From an uncultured Chlamydiae bacterium (GTDB lineage: Bacteria > Chlamydiota > Chlamydiia > Chlamydiales > SM23-39), in contig CAVSSM010000007.1 in assembly GCA_963730605.1 (NCBI GenBank), positions 32,001 through 96,000 of the forward strand: a stretch of 64,000 bases of DNA, given 5' to 3'. A program made the translations under genes and the position numbers. This document shows, piece after piece, positions 30,374 through 39,939 of this stretch. Position 1 is the first letter of the stretch. Every line of letters starts with the position of its first letter. The notes below the pieces were generated by a model. The model was not told the DNA's origin. It searched no databases and saw only the letters and a program-made list of their open reading frames with translations.

Positions 30374-32049
30374 CTCCAAAGGAAACCATTCAAAAAATGG
30401 CCCCCTATTCAGATCTCGGCGAGGGAAGAATGGGAGCAATACGTCTCGACTTCAACGAGAACCTTCTCGGCGCAAGCCAGAAGGTGATGGAAGCAATCGG
30501 AAAAATCTCGAGAGAGGAATGCGGCTGTTATCCTGAATATGCAGACTTGAATAAAGCTCTGTCGCAATTCTTAAGCGTCAGAGAGGAATGTGTCATTGCG
30601 AGCAATGGGAGCGACGAAGCGATCAAGACGATTTTTGATGCGTATGTGGATAAAGGGGACGAGGTGATTTTGCTAACCCCCAGTTATTCGATGTATGAGC
30701 TCTATGCCCAAGTGGCAGGGGCTAAAATTATCTGGGTTCCCTATGGGAGCGACGGCTTCTCTTTTCCCATAGAGGAAATTTTGGAGGCAATTCGCCCGAA
30801 TACTCGGTTGATTGCATTGGCAAACCCCAATAACCCGACTGGTACTCTGATTGACCGGGAAGATCTCATAAAAATCATCGAAGCGAATCCAAAAATGGCG
30901 GTTCTCATCGATGAAGCTTACGGCCTTTACGCTCGGACGACCAACATCGATTTGGTAGAGCAGTATGGCAATGTTCTGGTCACGCAAACATTCTCTAAAG
31001 CGCACGGGTTAGCCGGATTGCGAATCGGGTATTTGATCTCTCGGAAAGAAAATATCGAAGTGATTTCCAAGATCCTTAGGCCCTCGTATAGCGTGGATTG
31101 CTTGAGCGCAGCTGCAGCGATCGCAGCGATTGAAGACAAGGCCTACGTGAGCACTTACGTCGATGAAGTTGTCGCTACTCGTGAGCAATTCGTTAAGGAC
31201 ATAGAAAATCTGGGATTCCAGGTGATCCCCAGCAAAGCCAATTTTGTTTTGATTCGCTTTGGCCAGTGGGCAGATAAAATCAAATCTGTTCTCGCCGAGC
31301 AGAAAATCCTCGTTAGGGAAAGGTCAGACCTCAAAGGTTTTTTGCGGTTTACCATTGGAACTTCGGCGCAAATGCAAAAGGTTTTGGCCATTTTAGAACC
31401 TCTTTGCTCTAACCCTGTGCTGATTTTCGATATGGATGGCGTACTCGTCGATGAAGGTGGATCGTATCGGCCATGCATTGTGAGAACCGCAGAATCGATC
31501 TTGGCCAGAGCAATCGATCCAGAGCTTATCCAAACCCTGAAGGCAAAGGGGGGCTACAACAACGATTACGACTGCGTAGAGGCCGTTCTCGCTGCCTATG
31601 GCGTTCAATCCAAGCGAGAAGAGGTGACCCTGCGGTTCGACGCTTATTATGAGAATTTCAAGCTAAGAGAAACATGGCTCCTTGACGAGCAGCTCCTCCT
31701 CAAGCTCAAGCAAAAATTTCGATTAGCCATTTTTACTGGCAGGCCAAAGAAAGATGCTCTTGAAGCTTTGAAGCGTTTTGGCAAGGAGGGCCTGTTTGAG
31801 GTGGTAATTACGGACGATGATGTGAAACAAAGAAAACCCAGCCCTGAAGGATTGATCCTCGCTTTAAAGCGCCTTGGAGCCAGCAAGGCGATCTATTTTG
31901 GCGACAGCAAAGATGATGCAGAGGCCGCTCGCTTCGCCTCTATCAAGTTCATTGGGGTTGTTCCGCCAGGCGGCAACTCGGAAACCCTCCGACAGGCAGG
32001 AGTTCAAACAATTGTCGAAAACATTAACAACCTTGAGGACGTCCTATGA
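30367..32049 (+). CDS. hisC: Histidinol-phosphate aminotransferase fused to a HAD phosphatase
   Basis: NPNNPTG, DEAY, FSKAHGLAGLRIG; C-terminal FDMDGVL, TGRP, KPSPEG and GDS.DD. Confidence 0.92.
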   Translation: MLTPKETIQKMAPYSDLGEGRMGAIRLDFNENLLGASQKVMEAIGKISREECGCYPEYADLNKALSQFLSVREECVIASNGSDEAIKTIFDAYVDKGDEVILLTPSYSMYELYAQVAGAKIIWVPYGSDGFSFPIEEILEAIRPNTRLIALANPNNPTGTLIDREDLIKIIEANPKMAVLIDEAYGLYARTTNIDLVEQYGNVLVTQTFSKAHGLAGLRIGYLISRKENIEVISKILRPSYSVDCLSAAAAIAAIEDKAYVSTYVDEVVATREQFVKDIENLGFQVIPSKANFVLIRFGQWADKIKSVLAEQKILVRERSDLKGFLRFTIGTSAQMQKVLAILEPLCSNPVLIFDMDGVLVDEGGSYRPCIVRTAESILARAIDPELIQTLKAKGGYNNDYDCVEAVLAAYGVQSKREEVTLRFDAYYENFKLRETWLLDEQLLLKLKQKFRLAIFTGRPKKDALEALKRFGKEGLFEVVITDDDVKQRKPSPEGLILALKRLGASKAIYFGDSKDDAEAARFASIKFIGVVPPGGNSETLRQAGVQTIVENINNLEDVL

Positions 32050-32639
32050 CGAAAAGAACCGCAACAATAAGTCGTTCCACGAAGGAGACCCAAATCGTCC
32101 TGACGCTCAATTTGGATGGGAAAGGCATCTCTAAGATCGATACAGGGATCGGTTTCTTTAACCACATGCTGGAGGCCTTTGCCAAACACGGCTGTTTTGA
32201 TCTAACGATCCTAGCGAAGGGCGATCTCGCGGTCGATCAGCACCACACTGTAGAAGATATCGGCATCGTTCTAGGCGAAGCATTTGCGGAAGCTTTGGGC
32301 GACAAAAGAGGGATCAATCGCACCGGTTATTTCGTTTTTCCGATGGATGAGGCCCTAAGCATTTGCGCTGCTGACTTAAGCGGTCGCCCTTTCCTTGAAT
32401 ATCGAATGAAAGTAGCCCAGAGAAAAATCGGTGATTTCGAGCCGATCAACTTGCCTAATTTCTTCTCAGGATTTGTGAATGGGGCCCGCTTGAACCTCCA
32501 TCTCGTCCTGGCCTACGGGAAAGACCCTCACCACAAGGTAGAGGCCTGTTTCAAGGCGTTCGGGAAAACAATGCGGATGGCTTGCTCGTTGGATCGAGCA
32601 ATGAAAGGTGTCATCCCCAGCACAAAGGGGGTCTTATGA
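32046..32639 (+). CDS. hisB: Imidazoleglycerol-phosphate dehydratase (monofunctional)
   Basis: DQHHTVED, PMDEAL, HHKVEACFK, PSTKG. Confidence 0.96.
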   Translation: MTKRTATISRSTKETQIVLTLNLDGKGISKIDTGIGFFNHMLEAFAKHGCFDLTILAKGDLAVDQHHTVEDIGIVLGEAFAEALGDKRGINRTGYFVFPMDEALSICAADLSGRPFLEYRMKVAQRKIGDFEPINLPNFFSGFVNGARLNLHLVLAYGKDPHHKVEACFKAFGKTMRMACSLDRAMKGVIPSTKGVL

Positions 32640-33226
32640 TCGTGATCATCGATTATGGCGCGGGCAATCTGCAGTCGGTCAAGAATGCTTTGGATCGACT
32701 CGGAGTTCCCTCACTGATTACAGACGATCGAGAGGCCATTTTAAAGGCTGATAGAGTGATTTTCCCAGGGCAGGGGCATTTTGGTGCTTGTGTCGCAGCG
32801 CTTCAAGAAAAAAAGCTTTTTGACGTCATTCGCGAGGTGGCTTGCACAAAGCCGTTTTTAGGAATATGCATCGGAATGCAGCTGCTCTTTGAACGAAGTG
32901 AAGAGGCTGTGGGCGTATCAGGTTTGGGCATTTTCAAGGGAGAGGTGAAACAGTTTGGCCTCGAACACAAACGGCCGCAAATGGGATGGAATCGCGTCCG
33001 GAGCCGAGACAAGACTTGGGTTTGTGAACAATTTTATTACTTTGCCAACAGCTATTTCTGCGTCCTAGAGGACGAAGATTGCATTTTAGCCGAAGGGTTT
33101 TACGGAGAATCCTTCGTCTGCGCGGTAGCCAAAGGGCAGCTGATCGCCGTGCAATTTCACCCAGAAAAATCAGGCGAGCAAGGGATGAAAATTCTCGAAC
33201 GATTTGTAAGAGGGGAGTCATGTTGA
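32636..33226 (+). CDS. hisH: IGP synthase glutaminase subunit
   Basis: DYGAGNL, GICIGMQ, QFHPEKS. Confidence 0.95.
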   Translation: MIVIIDYGAGNLQSVKNALDRLGVPSLITDDREAILKADRVIFPGQGHFGACVAALQEKKLFDVIREVACTKPFLGICIGMQLLFERSEEAVGVSGLGIFKGEVKQFGLEHKRPQMGWNRVRSRDKTWVCEQFYYFANSYFCVLEDEDCILAEGFYGESFVCAVAKGQLIAVQFHPEKSGEQGMKILERFVRGESC

Positions 33227-33975
33227 CTAAACGCATTATTCCCTGTCTTGATGTGAAAGACGGACAGGTTGTGAAAGGGAAATGCTTCGTTGATCTTCAA
33301 CAGGCAGGCGATCCCGTTGCAATGGCCAAATACTATGAGGCCCAAGGAGCGGATGAGCTCGTATTGTTGGATATCACTGCTTCCATCGAGGGAAGATCGA
33401 CCTTTCTAGATGTCGTCACGCAAGTGGCCAAACAACTTTCAATTCCACTCACAGTGGGAGGCGGAATTCGCTCTCTTAGCGACATTCGTCGCCTCCTGAA
33501 TGCTGGAGTGGACAAAGTTTCGCTGAATACAGCGGCTTTAAAAACTCCTCAGCTGATTAAGCAAGCAGCGGAGGCGTTTGGATCGCAGTGCATCATTTTG
33601 GCAATCGACGTCAAGAAGACAGACTCTGGATGGGAGGTCTTTTCTCACAGTGGAACCATTTCCTCGAGGTTTGACGCCCTCTCCTGGGCGCTTGAGGGAC
33701 AACGACTCGGCGCCGGAGAGCTTCTCGTCACCTCCATTGATCGAGATGGAACACAGGAGGGCTATGATCTTGAACTGATCCAGATGCTCAGCACCCATCT
33801 CTCAATCCCTATCATCGCCTCTGGGGGCGTTGGCAAATGGGAGGACATCAAAGATGTCTTCATTGAAGGGAAGGCGGATGCTGCTCTTGCAGCCTCTCTT
33901 TTCCACTTTAAAGGATGCTCGGTTGGAGAATTAAAAAGGCTTTTGGCAAAGGAAGATATTTTGGTGAGGTTATGA
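33220..33975 (+). CDS. hisF: IGP synthase cyclase subunit
   Basis: RIIPCLDV, GADELV.LDI, DRDGT..GYD. Confidence 0.96.
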   Translation: MLTKRIIPCLDVKDGQVVKGKCFVDLQQAGDPVAMAKYYEAQGADELVLLDITASIEGRSTFLDVVTQVAKQLSIPLTVGGGIRSLSDIRRLLNAGVDKVSLNTAALKTPQLIKQAAEAFGSQCIILAIDVKKTDSGWEVFSHSGTISSRFDALSWALEGQRLGAGELLVTSIDRDGTQEGYDLELIQMLSTHLSIPIIASGGVGKWEDIKDVFIEGKADAALAASLFHFKGCSVGELKRLLAKEDILVRL

Positions 33976-34664
33976 TTTATTGCAGTATCGATTTAATGGA
34001 CGGTAAGGCCGTTCAACTTGTTCAAGGAAAAGCAGAAAATAAAAAATTAGAGTTATCCGATGTGATCGGGCTCGCTTTGAAATTTTCTAAAATAGGCCCC
34101 ATCAATGTCATCGACCTGGACGCTGCGTTGGAGCAAGGAGATAACCGCGAGATCATTTTTAGCCTTGCAAAGCAGTTTCAAATTCGAGTTGGCGGAGGAA
34201 TACGCACGATAGAACGAGCTCAAGAGTACATCAGGGAAGGGGCGCAAAAAATCATCATTGGCAGTAAAGCAATGGATAGAAATTTTTTGGAGCATCTTTT
34301 ATTGGTTGTTCCAAAGGAGAGGATCATCATTGCCTTAGACTCTTTTAAGGACGAAGTTGTGATTCGGGGGTGGAAAGAGAAGACCAATATGCGCCCTGAA
34401 GACATCATCCAAATCTTAGAGCCCTACTGCTCCGAGTTTCTTTACACTCAGGTGGAACGGGAAGGATTGATGAAAGGCCCCGATTTTGAGCGACTGAAAT
34501 GTTTAAGAAATTTGACGGCCCATCCGCTTACAGCGGCAGGCGGCATTTCCAGCCTTGATGAGATCGCATCCTTGGACAATGAGAACATAGGAAGTGTTTT
34601 AGGGATGGCTCTCTACACTGGAAAGATTGATTTCACTGAACTGTTGGCTTTCGCTAGAGGCTAA
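33972..34664 (+). CDS. hisA: ProFAR isomerase
   Basis: SIDLMDGKAVQL, IDLDAA, GGGIR, AGGI. Confidence 0.92.
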   Translation: MIYCSIDLMDGKAVQLVQGKAENKKLELSDVIGLALKFSKIGPINVIDLDAALEQGDNREIIFSLAKQFQIRVGGGIRTIERAQEYIREGAQKIIIGSKAMDRNFLEHLLLVVPKERIIIALDSFKDEVVIRGWKEKTNMRPEDIIQILEPYCSEFLYTQVEREGLMKGPDFERLKCLRNLTAHPLTAAGGISSLDEIASLDNENIGSVLGMALYTGKIDFTELLAFARG

Positions 34665-34884
34665 ACATGATTTGCCCCAGTCCCTGGGGGGGGACATCCG
34701 GCAATTTTTTCCGCAAGTGACCAGAAACCAAGGGAATTTTATCTCTGTACTACAGCGTTTCATTAATTTTGCCAATTGTGGGGTAAAGCTTTTTTAGCTT
34801 GATTCTTGCGTCCTCAACTGTGAAGCGCCAGTCTATAACATGCGCATCCTTGTTTCTGCCCTCTAGCCAGGAGGCAACTTCTTT

Positions 34885-35166
34885 TTTAACCTCGACTATG
34901 TCTCTTAGGCGTCGGTTTAAACATTGCCTGGAAAGGTGGCTTAATTCGATTTCTGCCATGTTTAACCAGCTCCCATGTTTCGGCGTATAACGAAATTCCA
35001 GACGGTCTACGATCCTTTTCGCCTCTTTGGGCGGCAGAAGCTCATAAAGAGCAGCACCTGTATGGATATTTAAATTATCGCAGACCAAGAGGATCTTTTT
35101 TGCCTTGGGATAATGCTCCTCTACAAGTTTCTGTATATGTTTGGCCCAATCCAATCGAGTCCTTCT
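34885..35166. repeat. 282-bp target duplication, left copy (right copy 36994-37275)
   Basis: Direct repeat abutting both IS1634 TIRs. Confidence 0.9.
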
Positions 35167-36993
35167 CCTGACTTTGACACTTTGATCACCTAAAAACACA
35201 TAAGAATTTGATTCTCAATATCTATCGAAAAAATATGTTGTGCCTAAATAATTTTATTTTCATAAATATAATTTTGTAGTACATTGTTGTGCCATGTATG
35301 TAAGACTCAAGTCGTCAAAGAGCTCAAGGCACTCTACTCTCCAGATTGTTGAAGGCATTCGGGAGGGGAAAAAAGTTAGGCAGCGAGTAGTTGCATCTCT
35401 CGGCATTGTCAACGATCAAAAAAACCTGAAGAACCTTTTGAAGTTGGCTGAGAGTTTAATTCGGAAAATCGAAGAGCAGGGGCTCTCTGTCGCTCCTAAA
35501 GTTGAGATCAGCAAGCTCTTTCATACCATGACGGTTTACGATGGGTTCGGGACTGTCGTTAGCAGACTGATGCAGCTGACAGGGTTTTCCAAGATCCTTC
35601 GAGAAGCTCAGGGGAAAAACGAGTTCGATCTCGAAGAGACAATCAAACTGATGATCACCCAACGTCTCGATTTACCCAGCAGTAAACTACGAACATACGA
35701 GCGTCAAGTGGACCATGGTTTCGAGGGGATCGATTTGCATCATCTCTATCGGGCAATGGACACGATCGAGCCATTGAATGGTCAGATTCAAGAACAGGCA
35801 TTTAAATCTGCTTGTTCCATAAATAGTTGCCAAGTTGATTGCTTTTTCTTCGATGTAACAACACTGTATTTCGAGAGTATAACGCAAGATGAACTCAAGG
35901 ATTTTGGCTTTAGCAAAGATCAAAAACATCACAACGTACAGATCGTTTTGGCTCTCGTTGTTGATCAAGAGGGACTGCCACTTGCTTACGATACCTTCAA
36001 GGGCAATCTAGCAGAGACAAAAACACTCATCCCCGTACTCGAGTCGCTGAGGAGTCGTTTCTCTGTTCAGAACGTGACTGTGGTTTGCGATAGAGGGCTG
36101 GCAAGTAGTGCAAACGTCCAAGCTCTCCGAGCTGCTCAGTTTCATTACGTCATTGCTACAAAACTCCGTTCCATCTCGAAAAAACTCAAAATCAATGACC
36201 TATCAGCTTATGTCCCTCTGCCCAACCAAGACGGCATCCCGGAGGCTGAGCGAGTTTTAGTTCGCACTATGGAGCATCCCCAGTATGAGGATGCCCTACT
36301 GATTGCAACGTACAGTCCAAGCAGAGCAACAAAGGACAAACAGGACCGAGAACGGCTATTGCAAAAACTGCACAATAAAATAACCGATTCTCCAAACGAA
36401 GCCTCCCTTAAAAAAGTGATCAGTAATGCAGGTTATAAAAAATATACTACCGTTAAAACTGGTTCGTCGATCTCTCTCAATCAAGCAGCGATAGATGCCG
36501 ATGCTGCCTGGGATGGTTTTCATGGGATTGCAGTTTCGAATAGTGCAAAGTTGAATACGACAGAAGCGCTGGGGCGCTACCGAGACCTCTGGCATGTTGA
36601 AGAGACATTTCGCGTGGCTAAATCCACTCTTAAAACCAGACCTATTTTTCATTGGGCACCACACAGAATCCAAGCCCACATCCTCCTCTGTTTTATTACC
36701 CTATTTTTCGAGAGATTTTTGGAGGTTCTCCTACGACAGAAAAGCACGCCGCTTACGCCGGATAGAATCAGGTACTCTCTCTCAAAAGTTCATACGATGT
36801 ATTTCAAAGACTCAACCACAGACAAACAAGGAAAAATGGAATCCAGTCTCCCTGAGGATGCTGAGAATATTTTCGTAGCATTGGGAATTTCAGCAGAACG
36901 CACAATCGGAATGAACAACGGATGTTGTGCCTAAATTTTCGTTCTTATCTATTTGTAATCTAATGACTTATCCTAACAAGTGTCAAAGTCAGG
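35167..36993 (+). mobile_element. IS1634-family insertion sequence
   Basis: TIR CCTGACTTTGACACTT / AAGTGTCAAAGTCAGG. Confidence 0.9.
35294..36934 (+). CDS. IS1634-family transposase
   Basis: FFDVTTLYFES, GFSKD, VCDRG, Y..LW.VEETFR..K. Confidence 0.93.
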   Translation: MYVRLKSSKSSRHSTLQIVEGIREGKKVRQRVVASLGIVNDQKNLKNLLKLAESLIRKIEEQGLSVAPKVEISKLFHTMTVYDGFGTVVSRLMQLTGFSKILREAQGKNEFDLEETIKLMITQRLDLPSSKLRTYERQVDHGFEGIDLHHLYRAMDTIEPLNGQIQEQAFKSACSINSCQVDCFFFDVTTLYFESITQDELKDFGFSKDQKHHNVQIVLALVVDQEGLPLAYDTFKGNLAETKTLIPVLESLRSRFSVQNVTVVCDRGLASSANVQALRAAQFHYVIATKLRSISKKLKINDLSAYVPLPNQDGIPEAERVLVRTMEHPQYEDALLIATYSPSRATKDKQDRERLLQKLHNKITDSPNEASLKKVISNAGYKKYTTVKTGSSISLNQAAIDADAAWDGFHGIAVSNSAKLNTTEALGRYRDLWHVEETFRVAKSTLKTRPIFHWAPHRIQAHILLCFITLFFERFLEVLLRQKSTPLTPDRIRYSLSKVHTMYFKDSTTDKQGKMESSLPEDAENIFVALGISAERTIGMNNGCCA

Positions 36994-37500
36994 TTTAACC
37001 TCGACTATGTCTCTTAGGCGTCGGTTTAAACATTGCCTGGAAAGGTGGCTTAATTCGATTTCTGCCATGTTTAACCAGCTCCCATGTTTCGGCGTATAAC
37101 GAAATTCCAGACGGTCTACGATCCTTTTCGCCTCTTTGGGCGGCAGAAGCTCATAAAGAGCAGCACCTGTATGGATATTTAAATTATCGCAGACCAAGAG
37201 GATCTTTTTTGCCTTGGGATAATGCTCCTCTACAAGTTTCTGTATATGTTTGGCCCAATCCAATCGAGTCCTTCTCTCCGAAACATCAATGTATCGTTTC
37301 CCTGTTAGTGGCTCAAAACTCAGCAGAATATTACTCACGCCATTGCGCTCATATCCTGTATCAAAGCGTTCAACCTTACCTCGTTTTGCTGGAATGTTAT
37401 CCAGCTTTCCTGCCTCGTGTTGCTTACTCGACTCATCCATGCAAATCATTGGATATTCTGGATTGTATGGGCACTTATAGAGGCCTAACACATTTTCCAT
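36973..37500 (-). pseudogene. IS630 transposase OrfB, interrupted (3' end continues at 34750-34884)
   Basis: CMDE, CDNLN, YTPKHGSWLNMAEIE. Confidence 0.88.
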
Positions 37501-37550
37501 TCGGCAAACAAAGTCAGCGTTTTCCTCAGGAGGAATACACCATTCTTTCT

Positions 37551-38042
37551 TTAGCCAGGGCTTAAGTTCATTTTTTTTAAAGTGCGATGGACTGTGCTTC
37601 TGGAAATAGAATCAATAACTTCTAGCTGAACCAGTCTTTCGCTTAGCAATCTCAAGGTCCATTCTTTGCGCCCTTCCGGAGGAGCTCCGCAACATATGGC
37701 AACCAGATGGGCTTCTTGATCACCATCGAGTTTTCTTGGTTTGTATTGGCGATGTTTTTTTCGGTGCAAAGCAGCTTCCAGTCCATCGTTTGCGAAAGAT
37801 TCTCTGACTCGATGTACAGAGCGTTCGTGAATATTCAACCCTGCCGCAATAGCTTTTGCTCTCAAACCCGGCCCCTCTTCACCAGAATCTGCCTGCAATA
37901 GTATTCGAGCATGAGTGATTGTTTTTGCCTTCTGCTTTCCTTTATGCACAACTTCGAGTAATTGCTTGCGCTGACTGGGTGTTAACTTGACTTTATACTT
38001 CTTTCGCATACCTGCACTCCCACGAATTTTACAAGGCGTCAA
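37551..38042 (-). CDS. IS630 transposase OrfA (HTH), probably joined to OrfB by a frameshift at an A8 run
   Basis: ARILL.AD, PPEG...WTLRLL; T8 at 37571-37578. Confidence 0.85.
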   Translation of the reverse strand: MTPCKIRGSAGMRKKYKVKLTPSQRKQLLEVVHKGKQKAKTITHARILLQADSGEEGPGLRAKAIAAGLNIHERSVHRVRESFANDGLEAALHRKKHRQYKPRKLDGDQEAHLVAICCGAPPEGRKEWTLRLLSERLVQLEVIDSISRSTVHRTLKKMNLSPG

Positions 38043-38160
38043 GTATATTTTTTATCAAGAAATTATGTCAAAATTAATGAAACGCTGTAGTACAGAGTAA
38101 ATAATTATACATCCATCTTGAAAAGTGGGACTTGACCATAAATGCCTTTTTTAAGGAGAA

Positions 38161-38173
38161 TGAACGCTGTTCA
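38161..38173. promoter_or_regulatory. Putative TetR operator 1
   Basis: TGAAC-N3-GTTCA just before the tetR start. Confidence 0.65.
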
Positions 38174-38175
38174 AT

Positions 38176-38799
38176 ATGAAGACAGATAAACTTAGAAAAC
38201 AGGTCTTTGAATCAGCTCTCCGAATCGTAGAGATTCAGGGAGTTGAAGCATTAAACGCCCGCAAGTTGGCCGAAGAGAGTTCTTGCGCTCTCGGATCGAT
38301 TTACAACGCTTTTGGGAATCTTGATGATTTAAGATTTCATATCAATGCGACGATTCTTTCAAGGTTGTATGAGCAGTTGTCCCAAACTGCAGAGCGCGGA
38401 ATTTCACGGGAGGTTCCTTTACTTGCTCTTTTTAAAGAGTTGGGTATTTCTTATGTTCAATTTGCAAAGGAAAATCCGTCTCTTTGGAAAACGTTATTCG
38501 AATACATTCCGAGCGTCTCTTCTTTACCAGATTGGTATACAAAACGGGCACGTTCTGGGATTTATCAGCTTTGCGAAAGACTCTCGGCTGCGTATGGAAT
38601 TTCAGAAGAAACAGCCAAGCGGCTCGTCGGCTTTTTTTGGTCTTCGATGCATGGTATAAGCGCTATTATATTAAATAAAAAAATGGAAATGGTTTCGGAT
38701 CTTTTCCAAGGCGATTATCTAGATGATTTCATTGAATATAGTCTAGCAGGATTATTTAGGAGCAAATCGGACGAAATGAAGCAGCCTATCAAATCCTGA
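38176..38799 (+). CDS. TetR/AcrR regulator (WHG-like C-terminus)
   Basis: N-terminal HTH (G.EALNARKLA...GSIYN.F); WSSMHG. Confidence 0.9.
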   Translation: MKTDKLRKQVFESALRIVEIQGVEALNARKLAEESSCALGSIYNAFGNLDDLRFHINATILSRLYEQLSQTAERGISREVPLLALFKELGISYVQFAKENPSLWKTLFEYIPSVSSLPDWYTKRARSGIYQLCERLSAAYGISEETAKRLVGFFWSSMHGISAIILNKKMEMVSDLFQGDYLDDFIEYSLAGLFRSKSDEMKQPIKS

Positions 38800-38816
38800 T
38801 TTTTTTTCTCAGAAAA

Positions 38817-38829
38817 TGAACAATGTTCA
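38817..38829. promoter_or_regulatory. Putative TetR operator 2
   Basis: TGAAC-N3-GTTCA upstream of the carF-like gene. Confidence 0.65.
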
Positions 38830-38889
38830 AAATTTAACTGTACATGGTTCTTTCGATCTCCAACCTGCTTAATAACAAAAGGATATAAT

Positions 38890-39567
38890 ATGGAATTTAA
38901 TAAAATTCGAACAGATACACCGAAAGAAAAAATTGCTCTCTACATATCCATTGTCTTCCTGATTGTATGTAGTAGTGTTTCAATATTCACGAACCTACCA
39001 TTTTTCAGATGGATGTGGTATACGCTTGAGGTTTTTTTGCTGTGGATTGCTGCCGACTTTATTACAGGAATGATTCACTGGTGGGAAGATGCCTATGGCA
39101 ATCCAAATTGGAAAATTATTGGAAAATATGTTGTGGAGCCAAATCTAGTCCATCATGAGCAACCCCACAAACTGCTTGAAGGTTCTTATTGGACTCGGAT
39201 TAATACATCATTTTTTGCAGCCGCGATTATGGGTACGATCCTGTGGCTGATCGGTCTACATTCATGGCAGGTCATTGTATGTCTTCTTTTTTGTATACAA
39301 GGAAACGAAGTCCACGCTATGAGCCATCGCCCAGACAAGATCACCGGCCTTCTCGCCCGGTTTTTACAAAAAACAGGTATTTTTCAGAGCAAAAAAATGC
39401 ACAGATGGCACCATAAAGCCCCTTATGAAACAAATTTTTGTATCATGAGCGATTTTGTAAATCCGATTCTTAACAAAATTGCCTTTTGGAAAAGACTGGA
39501 ATATCTGATTTTAAAGATTTTTAAAATTGATGTATTACGCGCCTCTTCTATTCGAAAAGGATTATAG
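38890..39567 (+). CDS. CarF/TMEM189/FAD4-family lipid desaturase
   Basis: ADFITGMIHWWED, His boxes HH..P, NEVHAMSH and HRWHH, NFCI. Confidence 0.88.
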   Translation: MEFNKIRTDTPKEKIALYISIVFLIVCSSVSIFTNLPFFRWMWYTLEVFLLWIAADFITGMIHWWEDAYGNPNWKIIGKYVVEPNLVHHEQPHKLLEGSYWTRINTSFFAAAIMGTILWLIGLHSWQVIVCLLFCIQGNEVHAMSHRPDKITGLLARFLQKTGIFQSKKMHRWHHKAPYETNFCIMSDFVNPILNKIAFWKRLEYLILKIFKIDVLRASSIRKGL

Positions 39568-39571
39568 TGTA

Positions 39572-39918
39572 TACCGAGAGGGATTCAAAAATCGGAATAT
39601 GGCAAGGCTGCGGACACTTGAAAAAGCTCGGGGGTTCGAGCTTTTTCTAAGGGAGCAGACCTGAATTTGAGCCAGGCCTTGCCGGCGCCGGGTCCGGGGT
39701 CCCCGAAGACGCATCGTTTTTGGGGTGGGCCGTTGCAGCTAAACTTAACAAGTTTAGTGCTGCGGACACTTGCAAAAGAGCAGGGGTTCGCTCTTTTGCA
39801 AGGGAAGCAGGCGGGACACAAATTCAGTGGTTGCCCGACGCCGCACCCGGGGTCCTCAAAACCGCATCGGTTTTGGGGTGGGGCGTCGCCAGAACCGATC
39901 TTTGAATCACGAGCGGTA
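39572..39918. mobile_element. IS630-type MITE (copy A)
   Basis: TA-flanked; right TIR is the reverse complement of the IS630 left end at 2309. Confidence 0.85.
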
Positions 39919-39939
39919 TAATCGTGAAGCGACAAACCC

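Larger units (their letters stand above)
34750..38090 (-). mobile_element. IS630-family element interrupted by an IS1634-family element
   Basis: TIR CTACAGCGTTTCATTAATTTTG at both ends; TA duplication in the palindromic target CTCTG-TA-CAGAG. Confidence 0.92.

Noticed and set aside
34750..35199. Separate second IS630 copy
   Set aside because: It is the 3' end of the same element plus the 282-bp target duplication
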